NCBI RefSeq assembly: GCF_001194135.2
Contig: NC_068983.1
Span: forward strand, 118,656,632 to 118,720,631
Reading direction: 5' to 3'
DNA: 64,000 bases
DNA from: Octopus bimaculoides
Taxonomy: Eukaryota
A model generated the notes under the pieces. The model saw only the letters and a program-made list of their open reading frames with translations. It was not told the origin of the DNA and ran no database searches. Position numbers and translations under genes: made by a program. The stretch's first letter is position 1. Every line of letters begins with the position of its first letter. Below are positions 1-12,854 of this stretch, in pieces.

Positions 1-1979
1 TGAAGTGAAATAGTATAGTCCCAAACTAATGACTTTGCACATCAAATACTAATTTGTGAGTTATTCCCAATGTGTGTGGCTAAAAAACAAAAACAATTTT
101 TTAAAAAATCCATAGATTTGTATAATCCTACTAAGTAATCACCTTTGCTGACCTGGTAATCTTAAATAAGTTTTACATATTATGAAGGTGGTTTACTAGC
201 TAACACCGTGAGCAATCATATACGATTTCCTGTCAGAAATTTTAAAGATATTGAAGTGAAATAACCTGCTAAAATAAAATGCCACGTCAGATCCTTATGT
301 GTTTATGTAATCAGTAACAACTACAATAAGTTATGTATATCATTTTAAACATGCAAATGATATGAAGGTAGTTACATGATTAGCTATTACAGAAAATTAA
401 TGCAATAGAATTTTCTTTCTAATTAATAATGATAATAATAATAATAATAATGATAATAACAACAAAGTCAATAATTATAATTATTTATATAAACAGAGTA
501 AAATATCCAGATTTCTATCTTCTTAAAATAGCTTTGTGCATAATAGTTAATAGACTGTGAATGACAAAAATAACTTGATACTACATATGAATGGGATCGA
601 AGCTTTTAGAAGTTAAGCAAATTAACCTGATTCACTGCTTTTATCTTCTTCACCTTATACTCACACACCTATTTTTCTGTGTGGTGGTGGTGGTGGTGGT
701 GGTATCAGAAATAGTAGAATGTAGTCTTTGCCAGAATTTGAGAGATATATGGTTCAATTCTACCATATACCTTTTTCACACATATATACTTGCTTTTCGT
801 TGTCATTGTCATTTAACCTAGAACAGTACTGACAGAGCAGACTTATGATCAAAGTTAGTCTAGCCTTGACCATCATGACTGTTTGTATGCCTAAAACTAT
901 ACATTATAAAATGTGCCCTTCTTTTAAGATAGCTGAGTGTGATTTGAAAGAATCTAGGTACTACTTTTAGTAGCTCACATGATCATGTAGGGGCACTTCA
1001 ATTCACTTGTCTTACACTTGATGTTACTCATATGTTTGGTTTGTATACAAACATTGCTAACTTACAAGTTATCATATGCTAACAGAGCTAATCTTTAAAA
1101 TCAGACATCAGTTTTATACTGTATATATGGTTCATACCAGCAAATACTTAAGACATGTTTAGGTACTTAGCCTTGAGGTTAGAGTGTTTGACTCCTGATC
1201 ACAAGGACATGGATTTAATTCCTGGACTGGGTAGCACATTTTATCTTTGAGCAAGGCACTTTATTTCCTTTTATTCCTGTCCATTTTGCCATAATGAGTG
1301 CTGGCCAGCTATTGGTGCATTCCTGTCTTGAATATTCCACTGAGTGGGGCTAACAAAGCATCTATGATTGCTCACAAATACATAGATATCTAAAGCAATT
1401 GGTGAAAGCATTGTACATGTTATTTAACCATACTCAATCCCAAGTGTTAGCTGGCTGTACTTTTTTCACTTGGAGCACATCCACCATTTTCAGAATCCAT
1501 ATATCCATATAATATTCCAGTCTTTTTCAGTAGAAGTTCATCACTTGGAGGTCAGGATGCAACTAATCCATTAGCATCAGCTTCTGTAGTCAAACCTTCA
1601 TTTCCATCTTCCACATTTTACTATTTTTTTTTAATTAGTGGAAGCAACATAAATGTGTACAAGTAGCCTGCTGCTTATGAGTGTGTGTGTGTGTGTGTGT
1701 GTGTGTATTTGAACTGCCTTGTCTGGGCCTCAGGTACTTATTACTAACAAATGGTGTTGTTGTACAAAAAGAAACAATGTTTGTTTTGCAAACATGTGCA
1801 GATATTGGACTGTTCATGTTTGAAGGAGTTATGGGAAATAATATCTTGCTTGGAAACAGGCAAGGTTTAGCAAAAGGAAGAACATCTGACCATAGAAAAT
1901 ATGCCTCAATGAATCAGCTGACCCATGCAAGCATAGAAAAGTCGACAGTAAATTAATGATGTTATATAATATATATATA

Positions 1980-2260
1980 TCATCATCATCATTATCGTTC
2001 AACGTTTGCCTTCCATGCTGGCATGGGTGGGACGGTTTGACAAGAGCTGGCCAGGCAGAAGCCTGCACCAGGTTTCTGTAACTGTTTTGACAGGATTTTT
2101 ACAGCTGGATGCGCTTCCTAACACCAACTACTCAGTAGAGTAGACTTAGTGCTTTTTATGCGGCACAAGCACAGGCAAGGTCAATTTTGGCAAGGTTTAC
2201 ACAGCTGGATGCCCTTCCAAATGCCAATCACTTTACAGTGTGGACTGGATGCTTTTCCAG
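1980..2260 (-). mobile_element. RTE-related 3' end fragment
   Basis: (ATC)n tail followed by TTCCATGCTGGCATGGGTGGGACGGTTTGAC and a duplicated ACAGCTGGATGC(G/C)CTTCC motif, as in 22535-22700. Confidence 0.7.
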
Positions 2261-3774
2261 TGGCACTGTACTGACAGAGCCAAGATGTAACTTGCAAGAC
2301 AAAAATCTTTTGCAAGGGGAGGAGGACATTGGTGGAGTGATCTTGTGTGAGATGATGAAAAATTATAGTGAGACAGAAACAGGTGCCTTGCTGTAGAGGA
2401 GGTACAAGGTTACCCAGCCGGGGAAGGAGAGAGAGAGAGAGAATGAAGACAGAAACAAGTGTGCAAAGGAAATACATGGTTAGTCAACCTGGGGGAAGTG
2501 CAGGAGAAGGAGAGGGAGAGTGGGAGACAGCAGGATAGAGATGGTGGCAAAGTGCTGGGCATACTCACAAGGCACATATTGGTCATTCCTTTTATATCCA
2601 ATTTTCCATGCCTGCATGAGTTTGATGAACATGTTATTTGGAGCATTGTTTTACAGCAAGATGTCCTTCATGATGCTAATCTTTACCTGTTTTTTATCTG
2701 AAGTATCCCTTATTCCATACACTTTCAAAGGATTGCAGAGAGAAGAAATTGACAACACCTCCACCCACTGTGCCGTACAAATGATTGTATATGTAAACAT
2801 ACAGACATGCATGCATGCAAGTAAGGTCATGTGTGTGCACACACATATAAGATGGTCTTCTTTTAGCTGCTGTCTCCAAATCCAATAACAAGATTTTGGT
2901 CAGCCCAAGGCAATAAAGAACTGCCCAAATCACTGCACTGAGTGATTGAACCTGAAACCATTTGGCTGGAAACAAACTAAAACATGGCTAAAACACACAA
3001 CACACTTAAAAACTAAATGGGATACAATGCAACTAACTGGATAGCAACAATTTACTAACTGTTCTATCAGCTTTCTCTATACCATAAATCTGTTTGTTTG
3101 GAGTTTTGCTGTACTACTGAACAATACCTTAAATTTCTATTACTAGGAAAGCATGGATCATGAAATATCCTGCATCTGAATATAAGAATATCCAAAAGCA
3201 GCCAGCACAAAAATGAAGGATGAGCATGCCTTTAAAAAATGAGAAAATAAAAGAAAGATGAGACAGGCCAGCTAAGTACAATGACCAGATCAAGATTTTT
3301 ATTAGCATCTATTGTAAAAGTTATGTTTGAGGCTATCATATCAACGAACCAGTTAGCTAGAGATCATTAGTAAAAAAATGTTGATATATTTAATTGGACC
3401 TTTTAAGTACCACAAAGTATAAGCAATAAATTCAATATGAACTTTTTTCTTGTTTATTCTATATATTTACTTGTGATAATCCCATCTTCTGTGCACTTCT
3501 TAACATACTGCTTAATCATGATAAAAAGCAAGTGTTTCTATATTTCAGACTGAAGCAAATAAAAACAATGTTTCATGTTTCTGCTGGTATGAAAACAACA
3601 GAGAGCCTTCACACTTCAAGGCTGAATGATTAGCAAAAGGAAAAAAAAAAAGAGATTCTTAACTGAAAAACCATCAGCCTTTACACACATATTCCTAAAT
3701 TAGCAAAGAAATAGATGCGCTCTATTTGAGTGCTGGCTCATTTTAACAGAGAAAAATACATAGATATGTCTATG

Positions 3775-3826
<52 letters not shown>

Positions 3827-3870
3827 ATACACCACCTGTCCTCGTCTGTTGTTATTATTTGTATATTCTC

Positions 3871-3902
<32 letters not shown>

Positions 3903-3904
<2 letters not shown>

Positions 3905-4110
3905 ACAAGCATAGCTCTGTGGTTGAGAAGTTTGCTTTTTAACCAGATGGCTTTGGGTTCAGACCCATCTGAAGATGCAAGTATTTTCTACTATAGTTCT
4001 TGGGCAAATATTTTCTACTATAACTCTGGGATAACCAGTCAGGTGAGTGAATTTAGTAGACAAAAACTGAAAGAAGACTATGTGTGTTTACTTAGATCTG
4101 TCATTGTTTG
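3903..4110 (+). mobile_element. SINE family A, old 5' half
   Basis: Degenerate match to 35104-35300. Confidence 0.65.
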
Positions 4111-4420
4111 TTCAAAAGTACAGCAGTGATTGTTGTTGCCAGCTTAGGCACTTTGTACCATCAAAGCCACATGGAATAAGAGATCTGTTGCTTCAAAAAC
4201 AGTTATGGGTGGGCACCAAGAAGAGCATCCACCTAAAAATAATATATTCATCCAACCCATGCAAGCATGGAAAAACAGATGCTAAAAGAACACACACTCA
4301 CATTAGTGTGTATAATATATATAATGTGGAATGACTCTAGCTGTAATATTTTGTCTCAGAGAAAAATCTCAAATAAACTCTTGTGTTAAAAACACAGGGC
4401 CTTATTCAGAACATCAGTGG

Positions 4421-4467
4421 ATTGCCAGACAGTGTTTCAACCTCAACAAGCCTCCTCAGTGATAAAT
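4421..4467 (-). ncRNA. Type I minimal hammerhead ribozyme motif (canonical core)
   Basis: TCA-CTGAGGA-GGCTT gttg AGGTT-GAAA-CACTGT-C-TGG. It has CUGANGA, GAAA and a GUC triplet; helices I and II are weak, with several G-U pairs. Confidence 0.55.
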
Positions 4468-6281
4468 ACTCCAGCTGTTCTAAGCTAAGCTGACAAATTT
4501 TGACTAGCTTTCACACAAATCAGTGAATGTTTTGTTTATTGACTTCTAAATAAAAACAAACATATGTTAGCTTAACCCATTACATCCAGAATATTTGTCA
4601 CATAGATAAGGTCAAAACATGTGGTCTGGCAATCTACCAAGATTTTGAGTAAAGCTCTATATTTTTAACACATAAGTTTATATGAACTGCTTCTCTGAGA
4701 CAAAACATTTCAGCTAGTGTCTTTCTACAGCCAGATGCCCTTCCTGTCAGCAACCTTTACCTATTTCTAAGTAAGGTAATAAATCCCCAAGACCAGACAT
4801 GTTTTCATGGTAGACTGGAAACAAAGAACACTTTTCTATGCTTACACACACACAAACTGAAATCTTATCATATGAAAGATTGCAAAGTATGAAACTTAAG
4901 TACTGAACAAAACCTTAATTTCAATAGTCTACAACATACAATGAGTACTATTTCCCTCTTTCATTTAGATTGTAGCATCTATATATACACACACACACAC
5001 ACATACTCCCTCCCCTCTCTCTCTCTCACACACACACACAAATTAACTGTTATCCTCTACATGGCATGTATAAATGTATAAATTCAAAATTTGAAATCGA
5101 AAATTAATGGAATTTGAAGATATTTTTCTAAAAATCTTTTCTTCCTGATTTGTATGAACAGAATCACTCAAAATATCATTCATATGTATAAAAATAAGTC
5201 AAAACTATATCTGTGATGTACTTCATAGGATTTTAAAAAACATGTTATTGTCATTTAGCCCTGGGCACCAAACAGACCTATAATCAAAGGAATTCCAACT
5301 GTGATAATCCCTCTCCTTTGGGAGTGTTTATGACAAAATTGTTTAAGATGTCCTTATTTAAAATGATGGGGTACAAATTGAGGGAGGTTTGTTTGCTATC
5401 TGCATCAAATCATGAGATCATATAGAGACTTCCCTAAATTGATTAACTAGAAAGATTTTAAAAACAATATAAAGTATTTGAAACTGAGTATATTATATAA
5501 CAGAAACAATATATCTACTTTTAAATGATGAACATATTGTGGTGATTGTTCATGACAAACAAGACAAGATTAAATCTGAATACCTTGTCGTTGTTTACTC
5601 CCACAGCAGTCACGATTGAGCAGAACTTTCTATGAACAAATGCATTCAAGCTCTGACCATCCCATATTTTTTTAATATCTAGGTCTATATTGTTTAACTA
5701 TTAAGTCACACCCAGCCTGTTTTAAGAAGGTTGGGTGTGATTTGAGGGTGCTTGGCTGCTATATCAAGCAGGCTGAGTGACCACATATTGCCTCTTCATT
5801 GATTCAAAATCAAACCATTTTTTGTAATGAGATACATATAAGTAGGACAATTAAAACTGCCATGCACTGACATATTGTTGTTTGAAAATCTATAATAGGA
5901 AGTTAAGCAAAAACTCAAAACCCAAACTTGGTTCACAGATAATCAGAAAACCTGGTATTTTTGTAAAGATTTTATGGAGAAATACCAGCAAATCTTTTTA
6001 CTGTTATTTTGTTTACTATTGCTTTCATAACTCTTCCTTGTAAGGATTATTGTAAGAAAAAAAAAAAAAAAGGAAGGTAGGAAGGAAAAGAAGGGTCATT
6101 CAGGACTGGTTGTTCGATGAGAAACATTATCTGAACAGAATGCTTTGTCAAATCATTGTCTTCAGACAATAGCAGCAACAACTGTTTATGGTTGCTGGTG
6201 ACAACAACCAGCCATACCATTAAACACACACACGGGCTTCAATGCAAATACAACAAAAAGGTTTTCACAATACATGCATGC

Positions 6282-6511
6282 TTAACCCTTTAGCATTGAA
6301 ACCAGCCATATCTGTTCAAAATGCTTTACCTGCTTTATGTTAAAACTGGCCAGTTTTGGCTTTTACAAAACTACTTTATAGTGTCATTCTAAAAATCAAA
6401 TAACCATATCATCAAAATCTTGAAGCTACAAGATAATACATGATTAATTCAAAACAATGTGAATAAAAAGGTATTGCATTTGGCAGAGTAACCTGAATGC
6501 TAAAGGTTTAA
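6282..6511. mobile_element. piggyBac-type MITE (TTAA-flanked, ~230 bp)
   Basis: TTAA-CCCTTTAGCATT ... AATGCTAAAGGT-TTAA; the same family recurs four more times in the window. Confidence 0.75.
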
Positions 6512-6886
6512 TATGGCAAGGCTGCTATCACACAACACATGCTATAGACTACTGTTCACCAAAAATATTTTTTCACTGCTCTTCAACAAACACTGTCTCT
6601 GAGGCTACTATAGTCTCTACTATCTATTCTATAATGTTTTAGAAAGCNNNNNNNNNNNNNNNNNNNNNNNNNNNNNNNNNNNNNNNNNNNNNNNNNNNNN
6701 NNNNNNNNNNNNNNNNNNNNNNNNNNNNNNNNNNNNNNNNNNNNNNNNNNNNNNNNNNNNNNNNNNNNNNNNNNNNNNNNNNNNNNNNNNNNNNNNNNNN
6801 NNNNNNNNNNNNNNNNNNNNNNNNNNNNNNNNNNNNNNNNNNNNNNNNNNNNNNNNNNNNNNNNNNNNNNNNNNNNNNNNNNNNNN

Positions 6887-6921
<35 letters not shown>

Positions 6922-6939
6922 ATGATAGATCACCACTAA

Positions 6940-7110
6940 ACCTTTTTCTATTTTCTCTCCCTGTTTATTCTGTGTTCCTTTCTGTCGAAGAGTACAGGCT
7001 CGAAATGTAAAAGACTTTCCTCACTTCCCGAGTGTTAAACTAATACATCTGCTTGCTGTTTACACATCCGTTTTCGTCTTTTGTTTTTTTGTAAATTCTC
7101 CCTATATATA
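6940..7110 (+). mobile_element. Penelope-like element terminal-repeat fragment
   Basis: Contains a minimal hammerhead-like motif followed by the T-rich tail typical of PLE terminal repeats. It is related to 52790-52980. Confidence 0.55.
6978..7013 (+). ncRNA. Degenerate hammerhead-like motif
   Basis: CTTT-CTGTCGA-A-GAGT acag GCTC-GAAA-TG-T-A-AAAG, with the same architecture as 52845-52877. Confidence 0.45.
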
Positions 7111-10038
7111 CATATAAGACAAAAACAATTCCAATTTATACAGGAGTTATTTGTGTCTTTGTCTCCTACAACTATATTGTACAAGAAGCAATGTTACTCA
7201 AATGCCAACTCTGGATGATTTGATGTGGTCTTCGGTTTGAATTAAAGTTAGGATTAATATATGTTTATTAAAGACAAAATAACTATGATTGAAGACTTAA
7301 GCTTACAAAACACTTATCAATTATACAGCACTTCAGCTGCTCCCACAAGTGGGAGAATATTTCTTTGTTGGTAAAATTGTTGGGAGGAATGGGTCCTGTC
7401 AAAGAGAGAGCATTACATCAGTAATGAGAAAATGGCTCTATTGGTTTATTTGTCATGTGATTGAGTCTGTAAATATCCATATTTTTACATTATTTTACTT
7501 TAGTTAATGCATAGCATCATATTAAAAGTAAAATGTGACTTTTTTTTTTCAAGTTATTACCACTTGACTTTAATAGCAAAGATCAGTTTACTCACATTTA
7601 CACAACCCTACTTGATCTTCTGTATTGATATCATTTAAATCAGACTGGTTAAATTTCACTACAGCCACTCCCATTACCATTAGCAGCATCACCCTCACTG
7701 CCATCATGCTTCAGCAATCATATGAGGATTACTCTCACCAGCAATCCCTTTCCAACTTAATCTTTCTTATTTCAATGTAGTTTCAAAGTCTAATTTCTCC
7801 TTTGGCAAATATAACATAATTTAACGAAATTAGAATTTTGGAAAATTGATATTTAGCTTCGCAAAGAATTTTAATACCAATAACAAAAATATTTTGTTCT
7901 GGTTTAACAAAACACTATGAGTTAACTAATTTAACATTCCTGTGATAAGAGGAAGCAGATCATAGATGTATTTTAATTAACTTTGAAAATATGAAGAAAT
8001 TGAAGGGAATTAGTAAAACAACAAACTTTTCTACATTGGTAGAAGTTAATGTAAGTTTAAACCCATTAAATATGTATTGTTGTTCTTGATATTCATATGT
8101 ATTATCTTTCTCATTATTAAACATTCACATCTATTATCAGATCTTATTTAAATAACTGACCTTTTCATTTCAAAATTTTATACTCAATACATCTATAAAA
8201 TAGGGGCAGCATGACATAAGTACTGTGTAAATGTCCTTGGGGAACATATAAAACTTTCACCAACTTTGCTCCAACTACTTAAGGAATAAGTATCAAGCAG
8301 AGCTGAAAGTTAAGAAAGGCAGCAGGCCATAAAAATATCCGGTTTATGTATAAGTAGAAATACTTAAAATTGCAAACCCAGATTTTCTTTCATTAGAGTT
8401 CCATTACAATAATAATGATGATAATACTGACTCCAGTTTTTCACAATTATCAGTTTATCAATGCTCAGGAAGACAAAAAGCAAAGTTGCCTTTGGCAAGA
8501 TTTGAACTCAGATCACAAAGATATCTAACCAAATACTACAAGGCATTTTGTTGGATACTCTAAAAATTCTGCTAATCCACCGCCATGATAATAATGATGA
8601 TTTCTTACATGAGCACAAGGCTAAATTTGTGAGAAGAAAACAATTGATTATATTGATCAACACTAGTACTTGATGGTACTTATTTCCTCACCCATCCAGA
8701 GGGTACCAAGCACAAAGTCAAACTCAGCAAGATTTGAACTAAGAAGGAATAGGTAGTATCAGCATACCACAAGGAATTTTGATGGACTGTGTACCAGTTG
8801 TGTCTGCAAAGGCTGTGAACACTACTTGTTTCCCTAACTAATCCACAAAAAATATCTTAAAGGATATCATTACAGCTTTGCAGAATCCACACTAAGAATA
8901 CCCTGGTGCTACTTTTGGAATCTGTGATGGTCTTTAACTCTTAACACATTTGTCTCTTCTTCTTTCACATCCATTTTATGTCCAATCTTGTACGCTCTGC
9001 TCTAAACTCTTATGTGAACTCTTTCATCAGGTACATTGGTAATCCAGAATTCCTTCCTAGCACATCTTTTCAACAATTATCAACAACAGTTTAAGCAGAA
9101 TGATAATCTCACTGGTCTTGAAAGGCCTGTAAAGGACATAGACACAACTTTCACACCATTATGGTAAAAAAAAAAAAAAAAGAAATTAAAGATTAAAACT
9201 AACATCAACAAATTCCATTGTGTTCCTTACTAAAAACAAATACCATTATGGTGGTATTATTAAACTTAGTAACTACTGAAGGAGAGTTTATTCAGAAGAG
9301 ACATGTGCAAGCCTATAGTAGTAAACAGCTCACATTTGATTTGGGAAAAACTGAAAGTTGATACAGATGCAACCAAGAATCAAAACTGTTTCAAAAGAAG
9401 GAGTTGCTTTAGTTTTATTAGGCAGTATAATTTATGGTTTGCAACTTATCTGGAAATAAACTTTCCTATAGTAACAAACATCTGTATTCACTGAATATAT
9501 TTATTGTTATTTGTGTCTGTGTGTAACCATACATCTGCATTTTCTAAAAATACATTTTATTACATTTGTTTATTTTGCTTTTACAGTGACGTTTCAAATT
9601 TTATTTTAAAATTCTCACATAAGTTTAACTATTGAACAATAAGCAGCACTCATAAACTCTTTCCATAAACTTCGACCTCGGCAGAATTTGAACTTAGAAC
9701 GTAAAAACAGACAAAATACTGCTAAGCATTTCGCCCAGCATGCTATCGATTCTGCCAGCTTGCTGCCTATAGGAAAGTGGATATTAAAACAACAATGATG
9801 ATGAGATGATTCAAATTATCTACCCTAACAGAAGCATAAAGAAGTTTTGTTTGATGATATAAAAAAAAAGTTACACATTGGTATGTATTTTTTATGTTGT
9901 ACAATAATGCAGAAGTACAGTCACTTAAATCTGGTGTATGGTTGATATGTCAGTTCACACTTAATAGGATATGCCATTGATATATGAATGAGCAACTAAA
10001 TCTCTCATAAATAAGAAAAAGAAAAGCTGTTAGATTAC

Positions 10039-10066
10039 TCGTTTCATGCCGGTGATGTTAAATGTC
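10039..10066 (-). CDS. Candidate 28-nt coding exon
   Basis: Acceptor TTAACATTTCAG and donor CGA|GTAATC; reads (W)TFNITGMKR and is phase-compatible with 12779-12854. Confidence 0.22.
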
Positions 10067-10199
10067 CTGAAATGTTAACTAGGAAAGTATTACATTTCTA
10101 AGAAGCAAAATAAATATTATTGGAATAATATCAGTTATATAAAAGACTTTTCTCATGAAAGTATAAAGATCACCAATAACTCTGAATCTATTTTAACCC

Positions 10200-10533
10200 T
10201 TCGCCTGTCCTATGTAAAAGGGTAAATACCTCTTTTGGTCATGAATGATCAAGGGATTGCACTAAGAAAGTTCCTCTCTGAGGCACAAGTCCGGGCAAGG
10301 TTGTTTATGGAAGACCAGCAGTCACCCATGCATACCAGCCTCCTCTCTCCGTGCCACCGATGTTATCCAAAGGTAAGGCAAAGGCCAATACAGCTTGGTA
10401 CCAATGACATCACAACTCATTTCTACAGCTGAGTAAACTGGAGCAACATGAAAGAACACAACGCACTGCCCGGTCCACGAATCAAATTCATAACTCTGTG
10501 ACTGTGAGCCTAATGCTCTAACCACTGAGCCAT
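10200..10533 (-). mobile_element. Third SINE family copy
   Basis: The reverse strand starts ATGGCTCAGTGGTTAGAGCATTAGGCTCAC and matches 30948-31290. Confidence 0.75.
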
Positions 10534-11279
10534 CACATGTGATACACAAAATATATTTCCCAGGTGTCCATGAGTCATATACAAAATGGATTCTCAGTTT
10601 TTTCAACCATCAGAGTAACTTGGGAATTATGGAAGGAAAGCTTTATATTACTCAGAACATGAAACAAGGGCTAAATGTCTGAAAACAAGCGTAGATGTTT
10701 AGGACAAACTTATGAAAAAGTTTTGGGCAGGCAAAGGGTCAACACCACTGTCTGGTCCTTAGGTGATTTTAGTGGAAACCATTTTGTGATGGGCCAGACC
10801 TCTATTCTGAGGATAACTTCTTCCCTTCACCAGTCTAAAAAGCCCTTGAAAGAGTCATAAGTACCACCCTTCCTAGTTGAAATTTAAACAAAAAAATATT
10901 TTTTACATGAAGACAAAGAGTTTACATCAGATTATTACATAGTGTTAACTAAAATCAGTATATTCAGTATAGTAGTAATAATATATATGTATTTCTTAAT
11001 GAAAACCTGACTGTTGATGTTGCTACATTATTTAAATGCAAATAAGTGGTATAACTGGTTAGAGATATATGTAATAGTTTCCAGGATTGATCAATGAAAG
11101 AGGGGGAGGGCTTCTTTTCTCTTTATGTTCTTTCCCTCTCTCCTTTGTATAAACAAAACTGGGCAAGCAGCATATATATATCAAGTAAATAAATAAATAA
11201 AAAAAATAAATATATATATATATATATATAAAAGAAATATCTTGTTTAAATGGGTATGTTGACATTTACTAGTAACCTT

Positions 11280-11990
11280 TCTAACTTCAAACTACTTGAG
11301 ACCGCCCATACTAAAGACTTCTTATTTGTATTAAGAAGTACATCACACACCAAAGCAACCATTGCTAAAAACATTGAGAACATCGCAAACCAATGCAAAA
11401 GTTTCTCTTTTTGTTCAACTTGCTAGAAATAGCAGTTCAATCAACTTCAATCTTAACATCTTGGGAAAGGACAGGACACATTGGATATAGATAGAATATC
11501 TCAAAAGTTTTCATTCTCAGTTATCTGGACTACTACTCCCAACTGTGGTCACCATAGAGCAACAGACTGATGGCAGAACTTGAGGCAGTCTGGTACTACT
11601 ACACAAAGAAAACTGACTCAGTGCAACAGACAAGCTACTGTGAGAGGATAAAGACACTGAAGCTCTACTCCCTAGAGAGAAGGCGTGAAAGATATGCAGT
11701 AATGGATATGGAAGATCCTGAAAGATCTAGCTCCCAACTTTAAAACTGAAAGTTGTACCAGTCACTGAAAGAGAAAACACTGCTGAGTACCAAAGATCTC
11801 ATCTTGTTTATCTAGAATGTGGGCCAAATTCTGCTAAACAAACTCAGAGATTTGCAAGCTGTAGATGTTAGAGGTATTCAAAGAACGTCTGGACAAATTC
11901 TTATCTAAGATACCAAATGAACCCACATTATGGCTGGAGGCACAAGGAAGAGCAGCTCCATCTAGTTACTTGACCAGAAACGATACAGAA
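11280..11990 (+). mobile_element. CR1/L2-group LINE 3' end, degraded
   Basis: Fragments SYCERIKTLKLYSLERRRERY, WKILKDLAPNF and FKERLDKFLSKIPNEP are typical post-RT C-terminal motifs of CR1/L2-like ORF2. Confidence 0.8.
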
Positions 11991-12572
11991 AAGAAACCCA
12001 GTTACACTGAAAGGCAGTTCCCTGCCATAGCTTCAGCCTCTAGCTAACACTAGTAAAAGATATATATATATATATATATATATATANNNNNNNNNNNNNN
12101 NNNNNNNNNNNNNNNNNNNNNNNNNNNNNNNNNNNNNNNNNNNNNNNNNNNNNNNNNNNNNNNNNNNNNNNNNNNNNNNNNNNNNNNNNNNNNNNNNNNN
12201 NNNNNNNNNNNNNNNNNNNNNNNNNNNNNNNNNNNNNNNNNNNNNNNNNNNNNNNNNNNNNNNNNNNNNNNNNNNNNNNNNNNNNNNNNNNNNNNNNNNN
12301 NNNNNNNNNNNNNNNNNNNNNNNNNNNNNNNNNNNNNNNNNNNNNNNNNNNNNNNNNNNNNNNNNNNNNNNNNNNNNNNNNNNNNNNNNNNNNNNNNNNN
12401 NNNNNNNNNNNNNNNNNNNNNNNNNNNNNNNNNNNNNNNNNNNNNNNNNNNNNNNNNNNNNNNNNNNNNNNNNNNNNNNNNNNNNNNNNNNNNNNNNNNN
12501 NNNNNNNNNNNNNNNNNNNNNNNNNNNNNNNNNNNNNATATATATATAAAACTATGTTAATCTATCTATCTA

Positions 12573-12606
<34 letters not shown>

Positions 12607-12778
12607 ATATTATCAAGCGCAATGAGAAATATTAGAAATTTCTACTACCAGTGGCCTAGCATGTAAAATTTAGTCAATAGACTGAATAATATATATCTAT
12701 ATATCTATATATATTTATATATAAACTATATGTACATAACTATATACATAGTTACTACTTTTGTTTGGCATTACATAC

Positions 12779-12854
12779 CAACTAACTCCACTGGTGGCTT
12801 TTCTAGTTGAGTAGTCCAGTAGGGTCTTATCAATAAAAATTCTTTTAAAATTTA
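12779..12854 (-). CDS. Candidate coding exon
   Basis: Long polypyrimidine tract, AAG acceptor, donor TTG|GTATGT; the only open frame reads NFKRIFIDKTLLDYSTRKATSGVS. Confidence 0.25.

Noticed and set aside
1447-1617. Acidic minus-strand frame with a single in-frame TGA (GLVAS*PPSDE), reminiscent of a selenoprotein
   Set aside because: The frame is bounded by TAA at both ends, has no usable start or acceptor, and matches the deiodinase motif only at S*PP.
4404-4490. LRR-like last exon reading LSLEQLEYLSLRRLVEVETLSGNPLMF*
   Set aside because: The acceptor is weak, and the sequence is better explained by the overlapping hammerhead motif.
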